Shown piece after piece: positions 10,018-21,291 of a stretch of 64,000 nt of DNA. Made by a program: the position numbers and the translations under genes. The DNA is from Corynebacterium kroppenstedtii (GTDB lineage: Bacteria; Actinomycetota; Actinomycetes; Mycobacteriales; Mycobacteriaceae). Each line of letters begins with the position of its first letter. Position 1 is the stretch's first letter. The stretch lies in NCBI RefSeq assembly GCF_003243515.1, contig NZ_QFRA01000016.1, positions 2,359 to 66,358 on the forward strand, given 5' to 3'. The notes below the pieces were generated by a model that saw only the letters and a list, made by a program, of their open reading frames with translations, was not told the origin of the DNA and ran no database searches.

Positions 10018-11574
10018 CTATGACTTGAGGAAATAGGTGTAGCCCACAGAATCCGTGACTTCCTTGAACTGGTACCCCAGCTCTTGCATGTGGTGGTCGA
10101 AATCATCGTCCGACCCATCGCCCGCCGGGTTCTCCGTGTCATCGAATCCGCAGAGTACGCGTCCGTAATCCATCCCGTGGCTCCGGTAGTGGAAAAGGCT
10201 AATATTCCAGTGCGCGCCCAGGACCTTCAAGAAGTGGAGCAAAGCACCAGGGTGCTCCGGGAACTGAATGGAGAACACTCGCTCATTGAAATGCCTCGGT
10301 GCTCGCCCGCCAATCATGTAGCGGACATGTTCCTTCGCGGCATCGTCGCTGGATAAATCGACGACGTCATAGGAGCGCTCCTGCAAGTCTGCGATAATGT
10401 CGTCGCGTTCTTGATCCCCCTCGTGGAGCTGAACACCAACGAAGATGCGCGCACGATCATGGTCATCCACGCGATAGTTAAAATCCGTCACCGACCGGCC
10501 GCCGAGAACCTGGCAGAACTCAAGGAACGCCCCTTTACGTTCCGGAATAGTGACACCCAAGAGCGCTTCGCCATGTTCACCCAGCTCAGCACGTTCGGAA
10601 ATGTACCGCAGGCCATGGAAATTCAGGTTCGCACCGGAGAGCACATGGGCCAGCGTCTCGCCATGCACTCCATGGGTCGTCACGTACGTCTTCAACCCCG
10701 CAAGAGCAACGGCCCCCGATGGCTCAGCCACCGCGCGAGTGTCGTCGAAAATATCTTTGACGGCAGCACTGATTTCGTCGGAATTGACCGTGATGACCTC
10801 GTCGAGGTTATCCCGACAAACCCGGAAGGTCTCGTCACCGATGCGGGCGACTGCCACACCCTCCGCGTACAAGGACACGCGATCCAATGTGACAGGCTCG
10901 CCGGCCTTCATGGCTGCGGTCAAGCAGGCCGAGCCCTCGGGCTCCACGCCGATAACGCTGATGCGCGGGTTCAGCTGCTTCAACACGACGGCTACACCAG
11001 CGGCTAGGCCACCGCCACCGACGGGAACGAAAACACGATCAACTGTTGACGCTTGCTGGAAGATTTCCAGCCCAATGGTCCCCTGACCAGCGATGACGTG
11101 TGGATCATCGAAGGGAGGGACGAAAACCCGGCCCTCGGATTGGGCAATTTCAGAGGCGCGTTCCTTGGCCTCGTCGAAGTTGTCGCCGAAGAGGAGGACC
11201 TCGCCGCCGAAGTTCCGGACGGCGTCGACCTTAATCTGCGGGGTCATCGTCGGCATCACGATGAGTGCCGAGACATCCATGATGCTGCCGGACAAGGCGA
11301 TACCCTGCGCATGGTTACCCGCCGAGGCCGTGACCACGCCACGGCGTTTCTCGTCGTCGGTGAGGGCAGCCATGCGAGCGTAAGCACCGCGGACCTTGAA
11401 ACTATGGACCGGCTGGGTGTCCTCGCGCTTGACATAGACGTCATTGCCCAGCCGTTGCGACATCCGCGGCATAGGCTCCAGCGGCGTCCTCTCCGCGGCG
11501 TCGTACACGGGAGCGCGGACAACCAGGCTCAAATAATCAGAATTGGAAGGGTGGGGATTCTGGGCGGGGGACAT
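10018..11574 (-). CDS. ilvA: biosynthetic threonine ammonia-lyase (threonine dehydratase), long two-regulatory-subdomain form
   Basis: PLP-lysine motif HSFKVRGAY and GNHAQG. At 518 aa it has E. coli IlvA-like length, with a C-terminal duplicated ACT-like region. Confidence 0.9.
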   Translation of the reverse strand: MSPAQNPHPSNSDYLSLVVRAPVYDAAERTPLEPMPRMSQRLGNDVYVKREDTQPVHSFKVRGAYARMAALTDDEKRRGVVTASAGNHAQGIALSGSIMDVSALIVMPTMTPQIKVDAVRNFGGEVLLFGDNFDEAKERASEIAQSEGRVFVPPFDDPHVIAGQGTIGLEIFQQASTVDRVFVPVGGGGLAAGVAVVLKQLNPRISVIGVEPEGSACLTAAMKAGEPVTLDRVSLYAEGVAVARIGDETFRVCRDNLDEVITVNSDEISAAVKDIFDDTRAVAEPSGAVALAGLKTYVTTHGVHGETLAHVLSGANLNFHGLRYISERAELGEHGEALLGVTIPERKGAFLEFCQVLGGRSVTDFNYRVDDHDRARIFVGVQLHEGDQERDDIIADLQERSYDVVDLSSDDAAKEHVRYMIGGRAPRHFNERVFSIQFPEHPGALLHFLKVLGAHWNISLFHYRSHGMDYGRVLCGFDDTENPAGDGSDDDFDHHMQELGYQFKEVTDSVGYTYFLKS

Positions 11575-11649
11575 TGTGTTACTCCTGAGTGTCGTCTATG
11601 TCATCGTTAGCATCATGACCGAAAAATCAGCCAAAGGGAAAGCCGCGGC

Positions 11650-13773
<2,124 letters not shown>

Positions 13774-13897
13774 TCACAGCTGCCACCGCCAGCGCACGCC
13801 GTGGATAACGTCGAAGGCGCAACCCGTGGGCGCTACCTCCGCCAACACCCGGCGCGGACCGAACACCTATCCTCGTGTCCGACCCGTCGTCTAATCT

Positions 13898-14608
13898 ATG
13901 CCTATGCCGCTTCCATCGTCTGCGCCGAGTCACTTTGATCCCGCCTCTATGCTCAGCTTCGATCTAGAGACCACGGGCACCAATCCTCTACAGGCGAGAA
14001 TTGTGACGTCGGCACTTGTGTCCATCCATGGCGGATCGGCCAATTCCACCGAGTTACTCGCCGACCCTGGCATTGAGATTCCCGAGTCGGCGTCGAAAAT
14101 TCATGGGATTTCGACGGAGTACGCGAGGGAACATGGTGAACCTCATGACGATGTTTTGCACAAAACGATTCGTGCGATTTACGACGGATGGGAGCGCGGG
14201 CAGACGCTCATTGTCTTCAATGCGGCCTATGACCTCACGATTTTGCGGCACCTGGAGCCGTCATTTGTCTGTAGCGGATTAGTATTCGACCCCCTGGTGA
14301 TGGACCGGGCGTTGGAGCCACAACGGACAGGCCCGCGTAAGTTGGGGACCTTGGTGAAGCGTTATGGGATTCAGTTGGATAATGCCCACAATGCCAGCGC
14401 GGATGCCCTCGCAGCGGCTCGGGTGGCGTGGAAAATGGCACGGATGTGGCCTGATTTGGTGAAGAAAACGTCCGATGAGCTGATGGAGTTTCAGGCCGTT
14501 TCTTATTTCGACTACCAAATACATCTGCGTGACTATTTCGCGTCACAAGGCCGAGAGATGACGGACTTCTCCACCTCGTGGCCCATGCGGGATGGTTCAC
14601 GCACGTGA
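13898..14608 (+). CDS. DEDDh 3'-5' exonuclease (DnaQ/epsilon-like)
   Basis: Exo motifs SFDLETTG, VFNAAYDLTIL and HNASADALAAA. Confidence 0.8.
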   Translation: MPMPLPSSAPSHFDPASMLSFDLETTGTNPLQARIVTSALVSIHGGSANSTELLADPGIEIPESASKIHGISTEYAREHGEPHDDVLHKTIRAIYDGWERGQTLIVFNAAYDLTILRHLEPSFVCSGLVFDPLVMDRALEPQRTGPRKLGTLVKRYGIQLDNAHNASADALAAARVAWKMARMWPDLVKKTSDELMEFQAVSYFDYQIHLRDYFASQGREMTDFSTSWPMRDGSRT

Positions 14609-14698
14609 CCCACATGCAACAGTAGGGCTGCTACACAATGATGGGGGCTTTCTTCCCCGCTACTTTCACTCACCACAATTAAAGGTTAGGATAGCCTC

Positions 14699-15484
14699 AT
14701 GCCAAGGATTTCAGCGAAGTCAGTGATTGAACACCGGCGTCAAACGTCCGAAAAAATCCTCGATGCCATCGAAGAAATCCTCGAAGAATCCCAAACCGAC
14801 CAGAACGCAGCCCCGCTGACTGTCGGGACTGTTGCTAAGCGCCTCGGTATGGGCAGGTCAAGCCTCTACCGGTATCACAACAATGTCGACGACATGATCG
14901 AAGCCGTCGTCGTTCGGGATTTCCCCCGGCGCGCCCAGGTCATCACCGACCAAATGGACGATGCACCAGGGCCGCTCGACGCTATCGAGGCCTACGCCCG
15001 CGCCAGCTTCCGCGAAGCCCGCGAGTCCCGCCACTCGTGGCGATCGGCTCTTTCTCGGGTTCACCTTGACGACGATGCACGAGCACGAATTGGACGTCTG
15101 CACGCCAAATTGACCCAGGCTTTAGCGCGTGAGGTCGATAAACTGCCGGACATTCCGGCGGAATTGAAGCCGGAACTAATCTCGAGTATCCAGTCGCTTA
15201 TTAATGCTGGTGTCACCGCGATGGGTGGTCCCATGAATGGTCACGGTGGTGCCAAAGGGCCACAGGGTCGCGAAGTCACCTCGAGTTCCGGTCGTGAGGA
15301 TAATGCCGAGTCCGGGCACGATTCTGTCCCCGTGATGCAGCACCACACCGCGGTGGAAACCGAGAACACTCGCGCGGTTGAACCGCTGGATAACACCGAA
15401 GTGGAAGATTGGTACGTCACCGCTATTCAGGCTGTGATTACTGCCGCGCAGAGTTCTGTGCAGCGGCCAACTCAATCCAAGTAA
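14699..15484 (+). CDS. TetR-family transcriptional regulator with an extended C-terminus
   Basis: HTH TVGTVAKRLGMGRSSLYRYHNNV near the N-terminus. The C-terminal ~80 aa are low-complexity. Confidence 0.8.
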   Translation: MPRISAKSVIEHRRQTSEKILDAIEEILEESQTDQNAAPLTVGTVAKRLGMGRSSLYRYHNNVDDMIEAVVVRDFPRRAQVITDQMDDAPGPLDAIEAYARASFREARESRHSWRSALSRVHLDDDARARIGRLHAKLTQALAREVDKLPDIPAELKPELISSIQSLINAGVTAMGGPMNGHGGAKGPQGREVTSSSGREDNAESGHDSVPVMQHHTAVETENTRAVEPLDNTEVEDWYVTAIQAVITAAQSSVQRPTQSK

Positions 15485-15531
15485 ACCCGGGGCCAGCGGA
15501 GCTGCTAGGACGCTCACGGCTACTGCCGCGA

Positions 15532-16731
15532 CTATAGGTCTCCGCTATCGCGGCGGAGCATATCCCTCACATCGTCAGCTAAACGCAGCGATTCCGCAGT
15601 GGACTGCTCCCGCCCACGTCGGCCATGTCCTTCAACAAGGCTCACCCGCTCCCCCATGAGGATCGGGTTAATCCTCATCGCTTTCCACACACGCGCAATG
15701 CGTACCGCACGATCGCGGGCGGGATCCTCAGTTGCGTACGCGGTTGTCACGGCAGCCTGATCACGGTCACTAGCATCAGCGCCGGCACGAGCACCAACAC
15801 CGCCGGCCGTAGCCCCTGGAACGATCCCAGCAGCATCGTCATCGACAGCACCACTGTCGCCCACCACGCCTATCACCATCAACCGGCCGTCCGCGTCGAT
15901 AAGCTCACCCACTCGGTCGAGCATGTGGTGCGTCGACGACCCATCCGCGGCGGCGCGTTCCAGTTCATCCAGCCCGATCAGCGACATTGCCCACGCTGGC
16001 ATCTCGAGATCATCCGGTAGTGATGCCCCACAAGACATCACAACACCAGCAACAACGCTCTGAGAGGCGTCATCGATAATAACCCCTCCCAGCTCGTCGA
16101 ACACGCCCCCAATGGTCCTGTCCCACTCAGTACTCAGAACATCGTTGTGGACGGGAGGAATAATGTCCCAATCAGTGGTCCCCGCGATACGTCCCCGGAC
16201 GAGCGTGTCCACGTAGGGTTCCTCAATCTGCAAGACAATGTGCTTACCAAACCGGCGGTGGATCTCCGAAAGGTACTCGGCGACACCGCCACTCCACTCG
16301 TCATGAAAACCCCGAACCGCCGACTTATCCGACACAATACGGTGACCATCCGATAATTCCGTCGTGACTGCCAGCGACCACGGCCCCATCACCTGGACCT
16401 TCATCTCCTGGCTAGAGAGCGCAGAACCGCCTTCCCACGCTTCCTCATACACATCGATGTCGCGATGGATCTCATCATTGCGACGACGTGACGCCACCGT
16501 CGGGCCCGACATTTGCCACGATCGTGGCCCCTGAACGTAGGAGGACGACAACAGCGACAATGTCGATCCTGACAAGGACGACCCGACACCGCGGTTAATC
16601 AACTGCGGGATGAATGGCAACGCGGCCTCCCCAGCAATAATGCGAGCCGCCTCGCGAGGATCACGAGTTTCCAGGGCTCCCCACCCCGACGCCCACGTCG
16701 CGCCGCCCAAATTCTGGTTCATGGCCAGCAT
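15532..16731 (-). CDS. conserved hypothetical protein, possibly of the MetE/UROD-like (cobalamin-independent methionine synthase-like) superfamily
   Basis: A ~400-aa ORF whose start ATG (16729-16731) overlaps the mnmA stop. The position downstream of mnmA matches the remembered Rv3015c-type neighbourhood. The function call comes from memory of how that family is annotated, not from motifs I can verify. Confidence 0.5.
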   Translation of the reverse strand: MLAMNQNLGGATWASGWGALETRDPREAARIIAGEAALPFIPQLINRGVGSSLSGSTLSLLSSSYVQGPRSWQMSGPTVASRRRNDEIHRDIDVYEEAWEGGSALSSQEMKVQVMGPWSLAVTTELSDGHRIVSDKSAVRGFHDEWSGGVAEYLSEIHRRFGKHIVLQIEEPYVDTLVRGRIAGTTDWDIIPPVHNDVLSTEWDRTIGGVFDELGGVIIDDASQSVVAGVVMSCGASLPDDLEMPAWAMSLIGLDELERAAADGSSTHHMLDRVGELIDADGRLMVIGVVGDSGAVDDDAAGIVPGATAGGVGARAGADASDRDQAAVTTAYATEDPARDRAVRIARVWKAMRINPILMGERVSLVEGHGRRGREQSTAESLRLADDVRDMLRRDSGDL

Positions 16732-16732
16732 A

Positions 16733-17851
16733 TTAGTTGTTCGAGGAGGCGCCCGCGGTGGTCGGATGCAGCTTAGAGACCGAGACTGTGTCACAAATCG
16801 TTCCCGAGCCCAACACAATGTCGCCATCAGGGTCGGGACGGTAAATCACCGCAGCTTGACCGCGCGCAACACCAGTGAGCGGAGAATGAAGTTCAATCGT
16901 TGCCACACCGTCGTCAATACTTACCGTGGCATCGACAACACCGCCATGGGCACGAACCTGGACTTGGCACTCCTGCGTCGATCCTTCATGCTCATTGAGG
17001 CGAATGAGACGATCGGCATACAACCGTCCGACACGAAGATCGTCGCGGGTGCCGACGGTGACAGTTCCGGCATCAGCATCAATATCGGTGACATACCTGG
17101 GCTTACCATCAGGCGCTGGACCAGGTAGACCGAGCCCCTTACGCTGCCCAATGGTGAAACCGTAGATGCCATCGTGATGGCCGATCACGTTGCCATCCTG
17201 GTCTTTCAAATCACCCGACCGGACACCGATGTGGTTGCCCAAGAAGGCCTTCGTATTCCCATCCGGGATGAAGCAAATGTCATGGCTATCGGGCTTCGAG
17301 GCAGTCACGAGTCCAGCTGCCTCCGCCTCTTTGCGGATATCAGGCTTGCGGGTGTCTCCCAGCGGGAATAAACAATGGGCCAGCTGCTCATCGTTCAACA
17401 CCCCCAGGACATACGACTGGTCTTTCTTATCGTCGATGGCCCGTCGGAGTTCGCCGTCCTTCAACCGCGCATAATGGCCCGTCGCCACGGCATCAAACCC
17501 CAGCGCGATACCACGGTCGAGCAGCGCCTGGAATTTAATCTTCTCATTACACCGCAGGCAAGGGTTGGGGGTCTCCCCCATCTCGTACGAATTAATAAAA
17601 GGATCGACGACGTCCTCGCGGAATCGATCGGAAAAGTCCCAAACGTAGAAAGGGATTCCCAGCGCATCGGCAACACGACGAGCATCGCCGGAATCTTCCA
17701 GCGAACAACACCCACGCGAACCGACACGCAGCGTCGTCGGCGTCGAAGCTAGTGCTAAATGAACGCCGATGACCTCATGCCCCTCGGCGACCAATCGCGC
17801 AGCGGCAACGGATGAATCAACACCGCCGCTCATTGCTGCCATTACACGCAT
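16733..17851 (-). CDS. mnmA: tRNA 2-thiouridine(34) synthase
   Basis: PP-loop [24 protein letters not shown] and catalytic-Cys context SHDICFI. The start is set at the MRVMAAM ATG. Confidence 0.9.
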   Translation of the reverse strand: MRVMAAMSGGVDSSVAAARLVAEGHEVIGVHLALASTPTTLRVGSRGCCSLEDSGDARRVADALGIPFYVWDFSDRFREDVVDPFINSYEMGETPNPCLRCNEKIKFQALLDRGIALGFDAVATGHYARLKDGELRRAIDDKKDQSYVLGVLNDEQLAHCLFPLGDTRKPDIRKEAEAAGLVTASKPDSHDICFIPDGNTKAFLGNHIGVRSGDLKDQDGNVIGHHDGIYGFTIGQRKGLGLPGPAPDGKPRYVTDIDADAGTVTVGTRDDLRVGRLYADRLIRLNEHEGSTQECQVQVRAHGGVVDATVSIDDGVATIELHSPLTGVARGQAAVIYRPDPDGDIVLGSGTICDTVSVSKLHPTTAGASSNN

Positions 17852-17952
17852 GACAATCCCATCTGTTGAATACGAAACTAAGCCACACACTTTAGGTAGT
17901 TGTGCTCACCAGGACAACCCTGCTTACGAAGGTACTGTGCCAGGCTGGTTAC

Positions 17953-19110
17953 TTACGCCATCCCGGCAGCACGCGCCTGTTCAACGATCTTCGGGAGGAC
18001 CGCTTCCAGAGCGGCAACATCTTTTTCCGACGTCGTCCGACCCAAGGTAAACCGTAGCGTTCCGCGGGCGGCGACGGGCTCCACGCCAATCGCCATGACC
18101 ACATAGCTCACCCGATTCACGCCAGCCGCACACGCCGACCCCATCGACGCGTCGAAGCCGGCTTGGTCCAACAACATAATGAGGCTATCGCCTTCCGCGC
18201 CCGGGAAACTCACATGAACATGCCCCGGCAGCGCTGGCTCCGCCGTATGAATTAACGAATCCGGGATTTCTCGCTTAATGAAGGACAGTAAGCGGTCCCG
18301 AAGCTCGGTGATCCGAGCACGTTCGGCATACATCTCCTGACAGGCCTCGGTCAAGGCGGCAGCGGTCCCCACCGCACCGGCAACATTCAGTGTTCCTGGG
18401 CGAATGGATCTTTCCTGCCCGCCACCACGCAGAATCTTATGAAGATTGGTTGCACGCCCGCACAACAACAAACCCGTCGAGCGAGGGCCACCAAACTTGT
18501 GTGCCGACGCCGCAATTGTCGTCGCACCCGACGAATGAAAATCCACGGGAACGTGGCCAACGGCCTGTACGGCATCAGCATGCCACGGGACGTTGTGCTC
18601 TGCGGCCAACGATGCAATCTCATCAACCGGTTGCAACGCACCGGTTTCGTTATTCGCCCACTGGAGAGCCATGAGCGTGGCTGGTCCGTCGGTAAGAACG
18701 TCGGCAAGAAAATCGTTGCGATAGTGGCCGCTGGAATCAACGGGTACCTCGATAACATCTGCTTCTGGACCCGGTGAGAACGGATCTGTGCCCAGCGCTT
18801 TGGCCGGTTCTAACACGGCGGGGTGTTCCACCGATCCGACGATAACACGGTGGGACGATGAATTCTCATGGGCACGTTCAGCATAAAGTCCCTGCACAGC
18901 GAGGTTATCGGCCTCAGTTCCTGATGCCGTGAAAATGACCTCGATCGGCTCAGCACCGAGCAAACGCGCGATAGTTTCGCGAGCTTCTTCCACAGCTTTG
19001 CGCGCATCACGCCCTGACGCGTACTGGCCCCCGGGGTTCAGAAGATCCCACGAGTCCATGATGGCGTCTTTGGCAACCTGTCGGAAAGGACTTGTTGCGG
19101 CATGATCCAT
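17953..19110 (-). CDS. cysteine desulfurase (NifS/IscS family)
   Basis: MDHAATSP N-terminus, PLP-lysine SAHKFGGPRSTG and active-site Cys GSACAAG. I prefer ATG 19108-19110 over GTG 19131, because the extra 7 codons lie inside the etfA terminator hairpin. Confidence 0.85.
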   Translation of the reverse strand: MDHAATSPFRQVAKDAIMDSWDLLNPGGQYASGRDARKAVEEARETIARLLGAEPIEVIFTASGTEADNLAVQGLYAERAHENSSSHRVIVGSVEHPAVLEPAKALGTDPFSPGPEADVIEVPVDSSGHYRNDFLADVLTDGPATLMALQWANNETGALQPVDEIASLAAEHNVPWHADAVQAVGHVPVDFHSSGATTIAASAHKFGGPRSTGLLLCGRATNLHKILRGGGQERSIRPGTLNVAGAVGTAAALTEACQEMYAERARITELRDRLLSFIKREIPDSLIHTAEPALPGHVHVSFPGAEGDSLIMLLDQAGFDASMGSACAAGVNRVSYVVMAIGVEPVAARGTLRFTLGRTTSEKDVAALEAVLPKIVEQARAAGMA

Positions 19111-19156
19111 AAAAAAACGAGCTGTAGTCACCCTTCGAAGGGTAATACAGCTCGTT
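19111..19156 (-). terminator. intrinsic terminator downstream of etfA
   Basis: On the minus strand, AACGAGCUGUA...UACAGCUCGUU form perfect 11-bp arms around an internal CCCUUCGAAGGG palindrome, followed by U7 (plus-strand A7 at 19111-19117). It begins 45 nt after the etfA stop. Confidence 0.8.
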
Positions 19157-19200
19157 CAAGCCTTCATCTAGTGCTCATGCACTTAACGGTGCCGATTCAT

Positions 19201-20151
19201 CTAGCGGCTTTTAATGGCCTCAGTAGCCTGAGGAGCTACGTCGAACAAGTCACCGACGATTCCAAAGTCGGCGATCTCGAAGATGGCAGCTTCCTCGTCC
19301 TTGTTGACCGCAACAATAGTCTTGGATGTCTGCATGCCTGCCTTGTGCTGGATAGCACCTGAAATACCGAGCGCCACATAGAGGTCCGGCGACACTGTCT
19401 TACCCGTTTGCCCCACCTGGAACTTGCCCGGGTAGTAGTCAGAGTCAACGGCGGCACGGGAGGCGCCCACTGCGGCGCCCAGAGCATCGGCCAAGGGCTC
19501 GATAACGTCGGAGAACCCGTCTGCAGATCCGACGCCGCGGCCACCAGAGACCACGATCTTCGCTTCGGTGAGCTCGGGGCGGTCGCCAGCCTCTGCCGGG
19601 GAAAAGAAGGTGACCTTCACGGCAACTGGGCCGGGCTCAGGCATCTCGACGGGCTCAATATTTCCTGCGGCTGCCTGGGGCTCGGGATCGACCGAACCGG
19701 GACGGAGGAGGAAAATCGGGGAAAATCCTCCGACGGAGAGCTCGACGGTGCAATCGCCACCGAAGATAGAGCTGGCTGCAGTGTGATCAGCGTTAATCTC
19801 TGTCACATCGCAGAGAACACCGGATGCTACGCGGGCACCGACGCGCCCACCGATCTCTTTGCCCGTCGCGGAGGACGAAATGATGACGGGCACTTCAAGG
19901 CCCGCTGCCAGGGCAGACAATGCGTCAACAGAAGGCGTCACCAAGTAGTTAGCAGCATAATCATTTTCTGCTGCGTAAATGGTTTCCGCACCTGCAGCGG
20001 CTAAGTCGTCCTTCAAGGCTTCTGCTGTGCCCTCGGCGCCGACAACTACCGCCCCCACGGAACCGAACACGCGACCAGCGGTAATCAGTTCGTTGGTGTT
20101 GTTGGACAAGGCTCCATCAGCATGTTCAACGAGAACTAGTACATCAGTCAT
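19201..20151 (-). CDS. etfA: electron transfer flavoprotein subunit alpha
   Basis: 316 aa with a C-terminal FAD-binding region ...YVALGISGAIQHKAGMQTSKTIVAVNKDEEAAIF. Paired with etfB. Confidence 0.9.
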   Translation of the reverse strand: MTDVLVLVEHADGALSNNTNELITAGRVFGSVGAVVVGAEGTAEALKDDLAAAGAETIYAAENDYAANYLVTPSVDALSALAAGLEVPVIISSSATGKEIGGRVGARVASGVLCDVTEINADHTAASSIFGGDCTVELSVGGFSPIFLLRPGSVDPEPQAAAGNIEPVEMPEPGPVAVKVTFFSPAEAGDRPELTEAKIVVSGGRGVGSADGFSDVIEPLADALGAAVGASRAAVDSDYYPGKFQVGQTGKTVSPDLYVALGISGAIQHKAGMQTSKTIVAVNKDEEAAIFEIADFGIVGDLFDVAPQATEAIKSR

Positions 20152-20241
20152 GGGAAAGTCCTTTCGTTACCGGCCATTACTGACCGAATATTCCTGTTAG
20201 TAAACAAACAACGATGGTGAGTTATGGAATCGATGCCACGT

Positions 20242-21030
20242 TTAGATGAGCTTTTCGTTGGCCAAGAATTCCACGAACTTCGTTCCGCCATCGCCTTCGT
20301 CGGTAATGATTTCACCAGCGGACTTTTCCGGCTTGGGTGCGTATCCGGTCACGGACGTCGCAGCATTCTCCAATCCGACGTTGGCAGCGTCGACTCCAAT
20401 ATCCTCGAGATCGACCTGCTGAATCTTCTTCTTCTTTGCTGCCATGATTCCCTTGAAAGCAGCGAAGCGAGGCTCGTTAGCCTTCTCAGTTACGGAGATA
20501 ATGGCCGGTGTCGGAGCCTCCAGGCTGTACACGCCCTCTTCGCGAGCGCTTTCGCCGGTGACCGTGCCATTTTCGACGGAGAATGAACGCAGACCGGTCA
20601 CCGCGGGGATCTGGCGGTATTCCGAGATCAACCCGGGCACAGTTCCCATATTGCCGTCGGTGGACTCATTGCCGCAGATAATGAGTTCGATGTCATCAAC
20701 CAGGTTGAGGGCCTGCGACAGTGTCCATGCAGTTCCCAGGACATCGGAGCCAGCAAGGGCGTCATCACACACGTGGATAGCTTCGTCGCAGCCGAGCGAC
20801 AGCGCCTTCCGCAGTGCTTCCTTGGCACTTTCGGGGCCGACGGTCAACGCGGTGACTGTGTAATCCCCTCCTGCTTCCTTGAGCTGAAGGGCTGCTTCCA
20901 CGGCGTTTTCATTGATCTCGTCGAGAACCTGATCGGTGCTCTCGCGGTCAACGGTGTAATCGTCCTCGGTGAGCTGCCGCTCGGAGTAGGTGTCCGGTAC
21001 TTGCTTAACTAACACGACAATGTTCGACAT
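20242..21030 (-). CDS. etfB: electron transfer flavoprotein subunit beta
   Basis: MSNIVVLVKQVPDT... with typical EtfB length and N-terminus; upstream of etfA. Confidence 0.9.
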   Translation of the reverse strand: MSNIVVLVKQVPDTYSERQLTEDDYTVDRESTDQVLDEINENAVEAALQLKEAGGDYTVTALTVGPESAKEALRKALSLGCDEAIHVCDDALAGSDVLGTAWTLSQALNLVDDIELIICGNESTDGNMGTVPGLISEYRQIPAVTGLRSFSVENGTVTGESAREEGVYSLEAPTPAIISVTEKANEPRFAAFKGIMAAKKKKIQQVDLEDIGVDAANVGLENAATSVTGYAPKPEKSAGEIITDEGDGGTKFVEFLANEKLI

Positions 21031-21133
21031 TCATTCACCTTTCTCACGGTGTCGGGGCGAAAAACCGGAGGCTGCAGCCGTCGCCGGCGTACCTCACATC
21101 AATATCTCGCTCGTTTTGAAGACCACTTTAACG

Positions 21134-21161
21134 CACTTTTGTGGCCTAGCACACAAAAGTG
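21134..21161. promoter_or_regulatory. perfect 10-8-10 inverted repeat upstream of etfB
   Basis: CACTTTTGTG (21134-21143), spacer gcctagca, CACAAAAGTG (21152-21161). It sits ~105-130 nt upstream of the etfB start and ~130 nt downstream of the methyltransferase stop. Confidence 0.3.
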
Positions 21162-21291
21162 TGTTCAAACTCCCTAAACCCGTGACCAGTGCCCCCGTTT
21201 GTGTGGGCCACAGCACCGACATCATTCCCGCGATCCGATCTGCTTCCCGCGGTCTCACCGGGGTTACTGGCGTCGTCGTTAATGGACCTTA

